Source: Moniliella sp. 'wahieum' (Eukaryota). From it: 64,000 nucleotides of DNA. Made by a program: the position numbers and the translations under genes. The stretch is taken from NCBI GenBank assembly GCA_003971905.1, contig RSEE01000090.1, positions 124,001 to 188,000 of the forward strand. The letters run 5' to 3'. How positions within the stretch are numbered: the first letter of the stretch is position 1; every line of letters begins with the position of its first letter. Below are positions 1 to 11,587 of this stretch, piece after piece. Under the pieces are notes generated by a model. The model saw only the letters and a list, made by a program, of their open reading frames with translations, was not told the origin of the DNA and ran no database searches.

Positions 1-3000
1 CCTTCTCTCTCTCCTTTCTCCTTCCCTTCAGACGTTGTTTGAAGACTTGTGGCTCACCACTTTGCCTTCACGCCTTGTCTGAAGCTGCTTTGCAGCTGAT
101 CCATAGGATCGCGAGTGCTCCCAAGTCGCACTCTAGCACAGTCGCCCCTTGCCCCTTTATATTTTCTGTTTTGTTATTACCCAATTATATAGTACCTCTC
201 GTTCCTATTACGGACAGAGCGCTACGGATAAGTTTGTTTCTTTGTTCCTCTCGCCCGCGAACGGTCTCCCCTGTGGTAAGATTTCACTGCACCCCAGTGC
301 CTTGTTTATCCCCCCACCATTCCCCCTCCACTGCATTGTGTCCCTGCCTGTAAACAGTCAATGGTCCGTATTGGATTTTCCCCACCATCCATTCTTGGCA
401 TCTTTCAACAAGCTTCACCTCCTGTCTTCGCTTATATATCCCATCAGCGTGTCTACACCTTCATCGTCAACTAATCCGTACGGTAGAGGCAACTCCGCCT
501 CTTAGTTGCCTTTAACCCCTATAGACACCGACGGTCAGCCTTCAGGTCAGCGCTCAGCGTCCCGGCAAATGGATCAACAGGTCCACACGTTACATCCGGC
601 GTATATCACGCGGAGCGCCCCCTATTGTGCATAAGGAAAGCGGTGTAAAATGCACACAGGCGCCAACACTCCTTAGATCCCCCAAGAGAATCAGGTCGTT
701 GCAGGGAGCTTCGGTCCAACAATATTCTCCTCATCCTTGTTCCTTCAGTAGAGGGGCGTACTAAGAGACCTGTTAATGGTTCCTTTACTCCCATATTTCT
801 TGCGTTGAGTCTATTCCCTTCTTTTATATAGATCCTGGTTGCATACCCCTTGAACCGGAATGTTTTCCCTTGGTGGGCCATCACTTCAATCAGTCCTTGA
901 GCCCGAACGACTTCTATATTTACCTTCTGTAGGAGCTTTTTTACACAACTATAACTACGCCCGTTTAGTTCTAACGACCAACACATATATGTATGTAGTG
1001 GACGGCAGTCACTACCAGATGAGTTGCGAAGAAACGACAGAGGGTTGACCTGACATAACACTGCAGAACCACGTCTCATGAGAAAGATTTCGGACACCGT
1101 TGCGCTTGACAGGAAGGTCCTGTATCATTGTCCGCAGATTCTTGTTCCCGAAAGTAATAGTTGTACTGGCATGCCTGACAAAGATTGGTAGGCATGTATT
1201 CTGACTCTGAAAACGTTGAATCCATATGTAGCTGGGAACGTCTTGCTGCTTCCCCTTTTGATTTCTTGGCGGATTTGGTTCAGCGTATATACCGGGTGGG
1301 AATTTTATGTTCGCCAAGCTTACCAGCGGTTCGTGAGGAGCAAGAGGAGCTCTTTCCTGGCAGCAAGAGAATGGATACAAATATCGAAGAGTGTTATGAA
1401 AGACTTTCAGAATTCACTGAATCTAGCAGGAGTGTGGAGGAAGACATGGGGTCAGAAGTGAATGGATGCATATCATCAGTGGGTAGGCACATTATAAGAG
1501 TGTGGATCTAAAGACACCCGCTTCTTCCCGTTTTGCTGTGTGCGTGGGATTTTAAGAAATTAAAGGCTGTTCGAGGTTCTTGATAGTGAGTTCGGACGCA
1601 TGTGCTCTCGCCTTTCATCCCTTCCGATAACTGAAACTCAGATTCGTAGGGTCATCGGGCGCTTATAGCCTGTCAATACCGTAGCATCTATCGAGTTCAT
1701 CTTCCCACATACTTCCTCGGAACCGTCATCGTCCGATATGTGTTATTACTCCTCTCGGACTGTCTCTCCGAAGAACGTCTTCCCGAAGAACCTCTTGAGC
1801 TTGGGTTTCCAAACATTGGGCATTCTAATCCGAAGCGTTCACGGAAGACCTGGCACGGTGCGGGCGCTTGGAAAGTGACCCCCCATAATAGTTTTTGTAG
1901 GCGGGCGGAGGGCGAAGTAGCGGTGTTTTAGTAATTGCAGTGCCAACGGTGCGGTGCCCTCATCCTCCCCCCTCTTGCGCTTTATGGGCCAGGGCGGTTG
2001 CCGTCCAATTCAGTCTCTTGCTTGGGAGGGGCACCGGAAAGACCAGCTATCGGCTGTCGAGGAACCATCGCTGCAAGGGTTCGCTTCATGTATTTGTGTT
2101 GGTTGCTGCTTTTGAGGTGTGACAGTCTTCACAAGTCAAATCCGAAATTGGGGCCACGGCAAATCTCCCGGCACTGGAATTGTTCGCGCCATAAACGCCC
2201 CCCAAATCTTATAGCCGGCAGGGCCAGATGAATTCAGGGTGGTACGGTCTTTTGTGGCGCGGCATTGGCTGTCCGGAGGGGTGTGTTGGCCTACTGAAAT
2301 CGCGAGAGGTGTGTCGAGGCTCCAACCATGTTGATAAATATATCAACAGTAGCTAGTGGACTGCGCACCGACGAACATCCCTAACGGGCTGCCCCTACTC
2401 GCGCCGCAGTTCCCCGTACGCGTACACATTTTGCGTTTTCGCGTTCATGTCCCCCACACACCATCTCTTGCATCCTCAGCCCCCCCCGTCATGTCATTTC
2501 TTGGGCCCGGAGACCGGTAGCAAAACAAGTATGCCCCACGCCGCTGTTCGAGTACAACCTCCTCGTTACCCGCTCATCCACGGGGTAACGTGTAACGGCC
2601 CTTTTTTGGCTTCGTCGCGATCTACGCGCTCTATATACCTTTTCGGCAGCGGCCTCGACCACTCACTGGCATCTCGCCCGTAAGAATGAGGTCTTAGGTG
2701 TCACATGTCACGGTAGCTAATCAGGAAAATCGTCTTACCTACCGCTCTTCCCGCCGATCCTGTTCTCCCTTCTCTCCTCCAGTGCATCCTTTACTTCCCT
2801 TTTGGTACTTGGTCTCACTCGTGTATCGCCCGACTCTTACATTAGGGCACATGCCTCACAGGGCAGGCTCAGCGCGCTCAGCGTATGCTGAGACGGCCTA
2901 GCCCCCGGGGTATATGCTGTGAAAAGGGGGTTTTAGCGAAGATGGCTTCCTTGCCAAAAGAAGAGAGTACAAAAAGGAGCGGGGAAGGGATATATGGTGT

Positions 3001-3687
3001 GAGACATGAATGACCTACTTCGATGGATGATCAACACTTAGTACTTAGTACTTATCGATTATCGCAATCAATTAACACCCAGATCATGATGCATGATGCA
3101 TGATGCCACACGCGTGTAATAATCGCGTACGTTGTAAACCCAACAATCGGGCGGATTCGATCCGGAAACAAAAGCCTCCGGGACAAAACAGCCCAACCCG
3201 GCATGATCGACCAAGGATACGTAGCTGTGGGTGGGCCCAAACAATGGCATGCATAACAGCTTGATAACATTTTTGACAGCCGCGAGGGCCTACCGTCGCC
3301 CCTAGTATAATAGTTGTCCCACAAGTGTCACATGTCACATGTCATCATGTCATCGATCATCACTACGGAGCAACCCAACATTTGTTCCTGTTATAAAACA
3401 ACCGCGCCCACTGACAGCACTCTCGGGCGCTTGGGCGTTGAAAGGATGGTGAGGCGCTGAGGATAAGCCGGTTCGAAGAGCCCTGTCGATCATTTTCGGC
3501 CACCCTCTGGACACAGCAGCCGTGTTAGGTTGGGATGCATATGACCGCACTGCACGCGGTAGAAAAGAAAGTAATGTTCTGAATTCTGAAGGTCGGTAAA
3601 TTGCTTTTGTCATCGCCATTGATGCTCGCATTCCGATGGAGTAGCCAGCATTTGCCACGCATCACTCTCAAATAGTAACTAGACGCT

Positions 3688-3738
3688 TGAAGCTTGAAGC
3701 TTGAGCTTGAAGCTTGGAGCTTGAAGCTTGAGCTTGAA
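3688..3738. repeat. Period-7 array of TGAAGCT (tandem AAGCTT palindromes)
   Basis: tgaagct tgaagct tgagct tgaagct tggagct tgaagct tgagct tgaa. Confidence 0.8.
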
Positions 3739-5019
3739 TCTTGGCATGTCGCCACCCTATCACCCATCAACTGCGTCAACTAAGCCGGTGGAGGAGATAG
3801 TAAATGATGGTCTTAGTATTGGCCCATATCCACCAGCATCTCATCACCGACTTTGAGACCATGCAAATGAAACACCTACCAACGCATGGGAGCGCATAGT
3901 CGAAAAAATGTTTGTCTCACTCTCCCCCGGCTCCAATACAGCATAGCTCTTATGGGGCTCTCTTCAGATCTCAGATCTCTCAGAGGGCTAGGGAGAGAGA
4001 GGCCTCCTGTGAATCACGGATCACGGGATTCACTAGTTACATGTTACACTAGGCTGCTCCGCCATCGTGCATCGTTCTACCTCTTGCTCTTCTCCCCTTG
4101 ATCGATCTGATCAACACACAAAAGGCTTCCAGCCTGTATCTGAGATCTGAGTGTAGAACAGTTCGAAGACTTTTAAGTTGTTGCATCCTGTAACTATAAT
4201 ATCATTGACAGACCGAGCTTAAGGCTGGGACAAAAAGAAACGCGTGTATACTTATAATCGACATAATCTGTTGCCAACAAAAATCACGATAGCACTTACA
4301 TGCTTTTACTACCGCACGCAGCGCTCGCGCACTCACACAGGCCTCACCTCACCAGACTCGCTATAGTTTGTATATCGTCACTGAGCACAGTGTGTAGCTA
4401 GTGAGTACAGTCTGAGTATGATATGTCGCAACAAAGACCAGCTTCTGCAATCTTTACGACATTTCGGTCTCCTTTTGTTTCCCTCTCCACGCGATCACGT
4501 TCATTGGTTGCTGCTTTAGCGTCAGATCCTCAGGGCCTCAGCCATCTCACCTATCATGCCTCCTCTTTTCTCACTGTTACATGTTATTGATGCACCGCGG
4601 ACCCTGGTCTGTACATTCCTCCGTGTACATTATCTTAGTGCCCGACCACTGGGAGGCACCACCGCCCGGATTATGGAAAACAATGGCCATAATGGCATAC
4701 GCAGCCATCCATATTCAGTGTCGATGAGGTCAAACCGAGGATGATCTCGATGATGCCTCAGGCTGAGGCGCTGAGGCCTCACATGTCACAATGGACTACG
4801 TGAGTTGGGCTGTAACCCTGTATATTTATGGTGGACCCTGCGTTGCCAAGTCTGAATGAAAAGGATGATTGATGGAGAGGACGTGCATACTGGCGGGATG
4901 GGGCCGTGTTTGTCGGTCGCTGAGCCTTAGACTGTATTTTGATTACAGACTTCTCTAGCAACGACACTTGATGGGGTGGAGAGAGGGGTATGGTAGACGA
5001 AAGGGAGTCCACAAGGAAG

Positions 5020-5027
5020 TATATAAA
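5020..5027 (+). promoter_or_regulatory. TATA box (TATATAAA) of the repeat-peptide precursor gene
   Basis: TATATAAA about 150 bp upstream of ATG 5176, followed by a CT-rich tract (about 5046-5170) typical of strongly expressed fungal genes. Confidence 0.6.
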
Positions 5028-5175
5028 GTCGAAAACGGATGGTGCCCCCCTCTTTTCTCTCTCACCATACCCTCTCTCTTTCCCTCTTTCCCTCCGCTCT
5101 TCCTCACATCCGCCTATACCAAGCTTTCTCCTCCCACCGACCTTTCAATCCCTTCCTTACAACACTCTTTTCGTA

Positions 5176-5930
5176 ATGAAGTTCACCACTACTTTCGCTA
5201 CGCTGGCCGCCGTCCTTGCTCTGGCAATTTCCGTTGAGGCCGAGCCTGTCCGCAACCAGCGTCCTGCTCACCTCCGTCGTCAGAACATCCTTGACGGTTT
5301 GATCAACGCCGGTCTCCTGGGAGGAGAGATCAATAACAACTTCCAGCAATCCAAGCGCGACAACATCCTTGATGGCGTGCTGAACGTGGGTGCCCTTGGA
5401 GGAGAGATCAACAACAACTTCCAACCCTCCCGCCGTCAAATCCTGGATGGCGTGGCCAACGTCGCTGCGTTGAAGGGGGAGATCAACAACAACTTCCAGC
5501 AGTCGAAGCGCGACAAATCCTCGATGGCTTGCTGAATGTGGGTGCCCTTGGAGGAGAGATCAACAACAACTTCCAACCCTCCCGCCGTCAAATCCTTGAT
5601 GGCGTGCTGAACGTGGGTGCTCTGGATGGGGAGATCAACAACAACTTCCAGCAGTCGAAGCGCGACAACATTCTCGATGGCGTGCTGAACGTGGGTGCTC
5701 TGGGCGGGGACATTGAGAACAACTTCCAGGCCCGCAAGGCACCGGCTCCCAGCAAGCCTCAGACTAACATCCTCGACGGCGTACTCAACATTGACGCCCT
5801 TGGCGGCGAGACCAACAACAACTTCCAGGCCCGCAAGGCACCGGCTCCCAGCAAGCCTCAGACCAACATCCTCGATGGTGTGCTCAACGTGGCCGCTCTT
5901 GGTGGAGAGACCAACAACAACTTCAACTAA
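5176..5930 (+). CDS. Secreted Kex2-processed repeat protein (KEP; repellent-like peptide precursor), 8 repeats
   Basis: Signal peptide MKFTTTFATLAAVLALAISVEA, then 8 copies of (N)ILDG(V/L)(L/I/A)N(V/I/A)xxLxG(E/D)(I/T)(N/E)NNF separated by KR/RR/RK. A 1-bp deletion near 5516 (GACAAATCC vs GACAACATCC in the sister repeat) joins ORFs 4990..5535 and 5529..5930. TAA at 5928-5930. Confidence 0.85.
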
Positions 5931-7020
5931 TTCTTTACCCTTTGATTCTTTTTCTTGTGTCGTTGCCCGTACCAGTGTCCGTACCTCACCCCCAGGTCTG
6001 CAAGCCCGGCGTTTTGTTTTCCAGAGCGCCTTGGGGCCTCTTATCCTGATGATACTCTCCTTCATTGCTTCACCCGTTCCCCCTCTTCGGGAGGGATCTC
6101 TCATCCAAGAGATCGTGGTTGTTCCTACACTTTCCTTCGAATACTCTGAATAACATCGTCACCTCTGTCAGTTGAAATGACTTTGCTTTATACTCACGAG
6201 TAGTACATTTGGGTTGCTTTAATTTGGGTGCAAATAGGTAAGAACTCACTTTTTGCCTTCGTAGTACACATTAGTACAAGTATACAGACATCTGCCCGAA
6301 CAGCACTTGTTACCGATTATCCTCCTTTCTAATATGCTAAACCTGACCCTTGCAGAGGCAGGACGAAACCATTTTAGTACCAGCGTTTTGACGCTCTTTT
6401 CACCGTTACCATATCTCGTCTTTGCCTGCTCTCATTCTCATTTTCGTGACAAGCTAACTCTCTTCAACAGCATACCCTATACCGCACAATGTTGCATACT
6501 ACGATCCAAAAGGGCCGCAACTTGCTGCGGGAGCAGAGTGAGATGCGGATAGTGCCATCTCCAGAAAGTGCCAGCAAGAGAAGAAGCACACAAGCTTGGA
6601 GAAACTCCCTTGCAAGAGTCCCAAGCGTTCCTCATCACGCAACAAAGCTGGGACCTTATTTGGGGGCCAATGGTTTGCAGAGACACCTCGAGTCAGGAAC
6701 TACTGACGATCTCATTGACCTATTACATATCCTTGCGGTAGATCCTTCACTAGTTCAGAGGGGGAAAAGCACTTCTGTACAAAGCTGGACAATGTGTATC
6801 TGGGTGTCGCACTTTCTACCCCCTTTTGGCTCCGGTCTGACCTTCAGTCCGGTCTGGCGCAACAGCTCTATGAACACGCGACCCGATTTGGATCTATGCC
6901 ATCTTTCACGTTCAGTCCTGGGGACGCGTGTACATACATACACCTATGGCCGACGCTCTACCATGTTGCAGCCGGTCAGGTCAGGATGAAAATGTTTGGC
7001 TTGACGCGATCGGTTGTAAT

Positions 7021-8002
7021 TCAATACAATGTCAAGTGCGAACCAAGGCCAAATGCATGATGTGAACAGACAAGAGCAACGCTCGAGACGTTGGCCGAGA
7101 TTAGCGAGGAGATGTAGAACCACTTGTCGACCGAAGGGTCAATGGCGGCCGGGGGCAGCGGGTTGGCAGCGGGCGCCTGGGCGTCCGGGGCGAAGCCCTT
7201 GGTGCCCTGGAGGCTGACGTTGGTGATGGCCGTGTTGCCAGCATCCGCCTGTCCGCTAACCAGACCATTCCAGGCCTCGTGGCACTCGTGGACAATGCCC
7301 GTGGCGTAGCGGCGGTTCTTTGCCTCGCCCGAAAAGGCAAACTGGTTCTCAGGCTTGCCGTCGGGAATTTTGTAGATGCGGAACCACTCGTTGGTGGCAC
7401 GGATGAGGCCCGGGAGGTGAGTCTCAACGTCCTCAATGTCGTTCAATTTGGGCGCAAGCGGGTCATTGACGTCAATCGCAATGATCTTCCAGTCGGTCTC
7501 CCCCTCGTCCAACAGGGCCATCACACCCAGCACCTTGACCTGCTTGACCTGGCCCGTGTACCCCACCTGCTCACCAATTTCGCACACATCCAGAGGGTCG
7601 TTGTCGCCCTTGGCCTTCGTGTCGGGGTGGACTTGCTCCGGGTCCTCAAACGTCTGAGGGAAGGCACCGTAGTTCCAAATGTAGCCCTTGTGGGGGAAGC
7701 AGTTGCGCACAAAGCGCAGCTTGCCCTTCTTGGTGTCCTGCTTGATGGGGTTGAGGGTCTCCTCCTTGCTGATCTCCTGCTTGGCATTGGACCAGCGCGG
7801 GATCTCGACGACCATGTTGAGGACAGTCTTGTCCTCATTGGCGTAGAGGGGAATGTCGTGGAAGGGGGAGACGACCTTGCCCTGCTTCTCGATGTAGACG
7901 CGGTAGTCTGCGGGGGGCGTGTCAGACGGGGCGGACACGGGGAGAAGGGGACGTACCAAGCGTGTTGGCAGCGCCAACCTGGTGGACGGTGTAGTCGGAC
8001 AT
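7021..8002 (-). CDS. IPP1: Soluble inorganic pyrophosphatase (family I)
   Basis: Motifs [62 protein letters not shown] 8002 ([15 protein letters not shown]), intron 7908-7956 (GTACGT..CTGAC..CAG). True stop may be TAA near 7101 if an indel is present. Confidence 0.96.
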
Positions 8003-8736
8003 GGCGTGCAGAACGGGGTGGGTGGTGGGAGGCAGCGAAGGTCTGCTGGCGACGCTGGCCTGGTCCGGGCGGGCTGACGCACTTATCGAGGATCGACGCC
8101 ATGCGGAGAAATCGCCAGCCAGCCACCCAATATGGGGGTGGCACACTGGCGCTGTGCCCGCAGCCGCTCGCGCTTCCCCCCCCGTGCGCGGCATGGGGGC
8201 AGCCTTTTCCTTCTCCCCAACGTGGCCCCCACTGCTGACCTAAGCATCGAATGAGCGTGGCCGAGTGTTCAATGTTCAATTGCACGTGGAACGTCGAAAT
8301 TAAATAGGCTGCTGCTGGTTTCAAGTTGCCACCACGCAGGCTTGTATTTGCCAGAGGTTGGATTTACCCCATGCTATCTTCCGTTCTCGCGCTGGCTGGG
8401 TCTGCCGCCCCTTTTCTGAGATCTGACGACCTCTAACCCCACTGGCCACGTCCGTCCGTCACCGAGAATTGGCCCAGGCTCCATTCCCATATGGCAGGGC
8501 AGACGCGAGGTCAGTACCCACGCAGCCACTGGGGATCAGGCCTCAGGGGGAGCTACTATATACTTTTGTTTCAACTCGGCCGATGTGGTGCTAGTTGTCA
8601 CCCTATACTCTCCCCTATGGTCCTTGTCGACCGCCACCTGCTATCTTCCTGGGGAAGAACTACAGCATTTCCTGCAGAACTATAAGATACAAACCCCTCC
8701 CTAGATCATACCGATGAACGTGGGGGGCCGAGACGG

Positions 8737-10600
8737 TTAGACTGGTCTCTGTGACCGACCGAAGGGTAGTAGGGGGTGACAAGGTAAGAACGCTCTCCAC
8801 AGCGCATTAGGTCCGCTGCCGCTTCGCGCGGGTGACCCGTGGCGAGGCCGACAGTCTTGGTGGCAACGGCATTTCTGGAGGTAATACCGCAGGCGGCGGG
8901 GGAGGGTAGCAATGTACTCATGCATGCTATCCAATTGGCTTCGCAACTGGGCCTTATCACGTGTCAAACGTTCGATATGGGCACGATGTTGGGCGACCTC
9001 GGCTTGGCTCTGGGCCAACTGCACTTTGGTCTCGGCCAAATCTTCCTTCAGCTTGGTCAGCTCAGTTTTGGCGCCACTACGACGTTCCCGCGTCATACGC
9101 CGGTTCGCGGCCACCTGCTCGGCAGCCGTGGCATATTTCCTTGGACGACCAGGTGGGCGTTTGACTACCGCCCCATCTCAGATGGGACGGGAGGTGTCGC
9201 CACTGGAGCTGGGGACAAGCGCGCAGGCGCAGGTGCAGATGAGGGGTAGATGCTGGGTAGGTGCGGGAGCGGGAGCGGGAGCGGGAGCGGGAGCAGGTGC
9301 GGGTGGGGGTGGGGGGGGGGTGCAGGTTGAGACGGCTGGGACGTGTTTGCCATGGCCAAGACGCGTGTCATCTCACTGGTGGCCTGGGCCAACTGCGGCT
9401 CCACTCCCAGTCCGGCGAGGTCTTGGATCAAATCTTGTGGGTCCCACCACCACTCATCTTCGGGTGCGTTGGGAGCCTGGTCAAAGTGGGGGTCGACCTG
9501 CAACGGGTCAAAGTCCGGATCGGCTTCATCATCGGACTCGAGATCCATCAGGGCAAACGCTACTCCTGCCGATGTCCCCGGTGCTGCTCCTGGTGCTGCG
9601 CCCGGGGGATGATGGACGGAGGGGAGAAGGGAATGGATAGGAGGTGGGTGTCAAGGTTGGTGCGGGGCAAGGTTATGGGAAAGTCAGGTAAGAGATGGGA
9701 GAAGGAAGAAGGGAGTGTCTCGCCGGCGTTTTGGTCTGGTTTGTCGTTGTCAGACGCAGGAGCGTGGGCAAGAGCTGGGGCGGGGGATTAGGGGGATGGG
9801 AAGACGCGCGGGCAGGAACGGGCGCGGGGGCAGGAGAGGCTGTGGCTGTAGATGCGGTGGGGGGTATAGGCTGTTGTTCCAACAGTCTCTGCAACAGCGA
9901 TGTCAGGTGCACGTCAGAGGGTATGGGGACGGCATCTTGAGTGGGAGGGGGAAGTAAAACTTCTCGCTGCCGGGAGCGCGACTGGGAGGACGCGCGTGAT
10001 GCTGGGTCGCTGGTGTTAGGAAGGCAGTTTGCGTCGGTGTGGGAGCTTGGTCGGGATGTGGGACAGCAGAAGCAGGAGTTGGGGTTGGAGTTGAGGTAGG
10101 GGTCGGGGTTGAGGCGGACTGGGCCTGCTGCGCGTCTAATCTCTGAACCAAAGCGAGCCAGAATCGATAGAGGGATGCGTGTTCCTCTGGAGCGAGTTGG
10201 TGTGGGCTTCCTAGGACTTGCGTGAGAAAAGCGATAACGCTGCTCAAATCGGCTGCGGGGGGGGGTGCGGACGGACGGACAGGAGACGATGCGAGAGGGA
10301 GAGAGGGGTGTGTGCGCCTTAAGTGAGTCGACTCTGACCCATCCAACTCTTCTTCTCCCCGCTTTCGCTGTCATACTCGTCCTCACTGGCATATTCGGAC
10401 GCGTTCGACGCGTCTTGGTCCTCCTCGCTGGAACGATGGTCGTCGCTGGAGGGGGTGCGGGAATGGGAGGAGTACGAAGAAGGGTTACCGTCCGAGTAGT
10501 TGCCATCGCTTTCCTCGTCAGACGGCCATGCCTCGTCCCGCCCGAAGCTTGTCGCGGGCGGGGGGCTAGGGTGGGATGGCCAGCGTCTGGGCCGAGACAT
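8737..10600 (-). CDS. Hypothetical low-complexity nuclear protein with C-terminal AT-hook and basic/coiled-coil (bZIP-like) region; 5' extent uncertain
   Basis: Acidic/Pro-rich ORF pieces (10319..10681, 9165..9548) followed by KRPPGRPRKY (AT-hook) and a heptad coiled coil in the frame of ORF 8737..9114. Joining needs frameshifts or introns. Confidence 0.45.
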
Positions 10601-10804
10601 GGGAGTTGGTGGTGGTTGCGTCTCGCGCCGACACGCTGGCCGCCTGAGTATCTGAGCAAGCCGTGGGCGGCGCGTGCCCACCTGGCGAAATGCGGAGAGC
10701 AGCGGCGGAATCCAATTCCGCTCTTCTTTTTATTTTCCCCCAGAGCAGCAACCAGCAGTGGCGGTGCCCCTCCACCACCTCCGTTCCCGGCAACCACCAC
10801 CACC

Positions 10805-11467
10805 ATGGGCAAGGCCAAGAAGACGAAAAAGTTTGCCGACCGCAAGAGGCTGCTGAGCACCACCGACCCCAGGCTGTATGTCTCCTCCCTAGATTCCGCT
10901 ATTGGGATACCATTACTAACTGTATTCACGATACTGATCAGCAAATCGAGCCAAGCCAGGCTTGCGCGCGAGGGCAAGAAGGCCGCCACCACGCCTGAGG
11001 GCAAAAAGATCCAGCATGTGACCCAGTTGCCATCGTCAATGTTTCTGCAAGCCAACACCCAGCTTGGCCCCCCCTATCGGGTTATTATTGACACCAACTT
11101 TATCAACTTTTCGCTGCAAAACAAAATCGAGGTGGTGCAGGGCCTGATGGACACGCTCTATGCCGCAGCCATCCCCTGTGTGACTGACTGTGTCTTGGCT
11201 GAGCTGGAAAAGTTGGGGTCCAAGTACCGTGTGGCACTGCGTGTCGCCAGAGACCCACGCTTTGAGCGCCTGCCCTGCTCCCACAAGGGCACCTATGCCG
11301 ACGACTGCATTGTCCATCGTGTGCAAACCCACAAGTGCTATCTCGTTGCCACCTGTGACCGAGAACTGAGGCGGCGTCTGCGCCAAGTCCCAGGTGTACC
11401 GCTGATTAACATCCAAAAACACCGGTATGCTGTGGAGAGGTTGCCCGACCAAGGAATGGCGTCCTAG
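10805..11467 (+). CDS. FCF1: rRNA-processing PIN-domain protein Fcf1/Utp24
   Basis: MGKAKKTKKFA start; LGPPYRVIIDTNFINFS, TDCVLAELEKLG, RLPCSHKGTYADDCIV, VATCDRELRRRLRQVPGVP; in-frame 66-nt intron 10876-10941. Confidence 0.95.
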   Translation: MGKAKKTKKFADRKRLLSTTDPRLYVSSLDSAIGIPLLTVFTILISKSSQARLAREGKKAATTPEGKKIQHVTQLPSSMFLQANTQLGPPYRVIIDTNFINFSLQNKIEVVQGLMDTLYAAAIPCVTDCVLAELEKLGSKYRVALRVARDPRFERLPCSHKGTYADDCIVHRVQTHKCYLVATCDRELRRRLRQVPGVPLINIQKHRYAVERLPDQGMAS

Positions 11468-11587
11468 CTGCCTCTATGCATAACGCAATGAATTGTACTC
11501 CTAGTCATACTACTGTTGTCCCGCCCCTCGAGATGGCAGCTACGAGGAGCGGCGACAGGCCTGTTTGGTGCGAAAAAAGGGGCATGC

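Noticed and set aside
600..1930. Lower-GC stretch with short ORFs (606..1097, 1012..1380, 1185..1511); possible decayed gene or transposon
   Set aside because: No recognisable transposase, RT or other domain, and no terminal repeats seen
5281..5927. Regular 75-100 bp nucleotide repeats as a CRISPR array
   Set aside because: Repeats are contiguous protein-coding units without unique spacers, in a eukaryotic context with no cas genes
6489..6989. 166-aa ORF next to the repeat precursor as a possible RiPP tailoring enzyme
   Set aside because: No HxxHC (UstYa/DUF3328) or other enzyme motif; no biosynthetic genes nearby, so a dikaritin-type cluster is unsupported
7279..8238. Long antisense ORFs over IPP1, and similarly over FCF1, LSG1 and the Zn2Cys6 gene
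   Set aside because: Expected shadows of GC-rich codon usage; no independent domains
9265..9320. (GGGAGC)n and G-run repeat
   Set aside because: Encodes a Pro-Ala linker on the minus strand; ordinary coding low complexity
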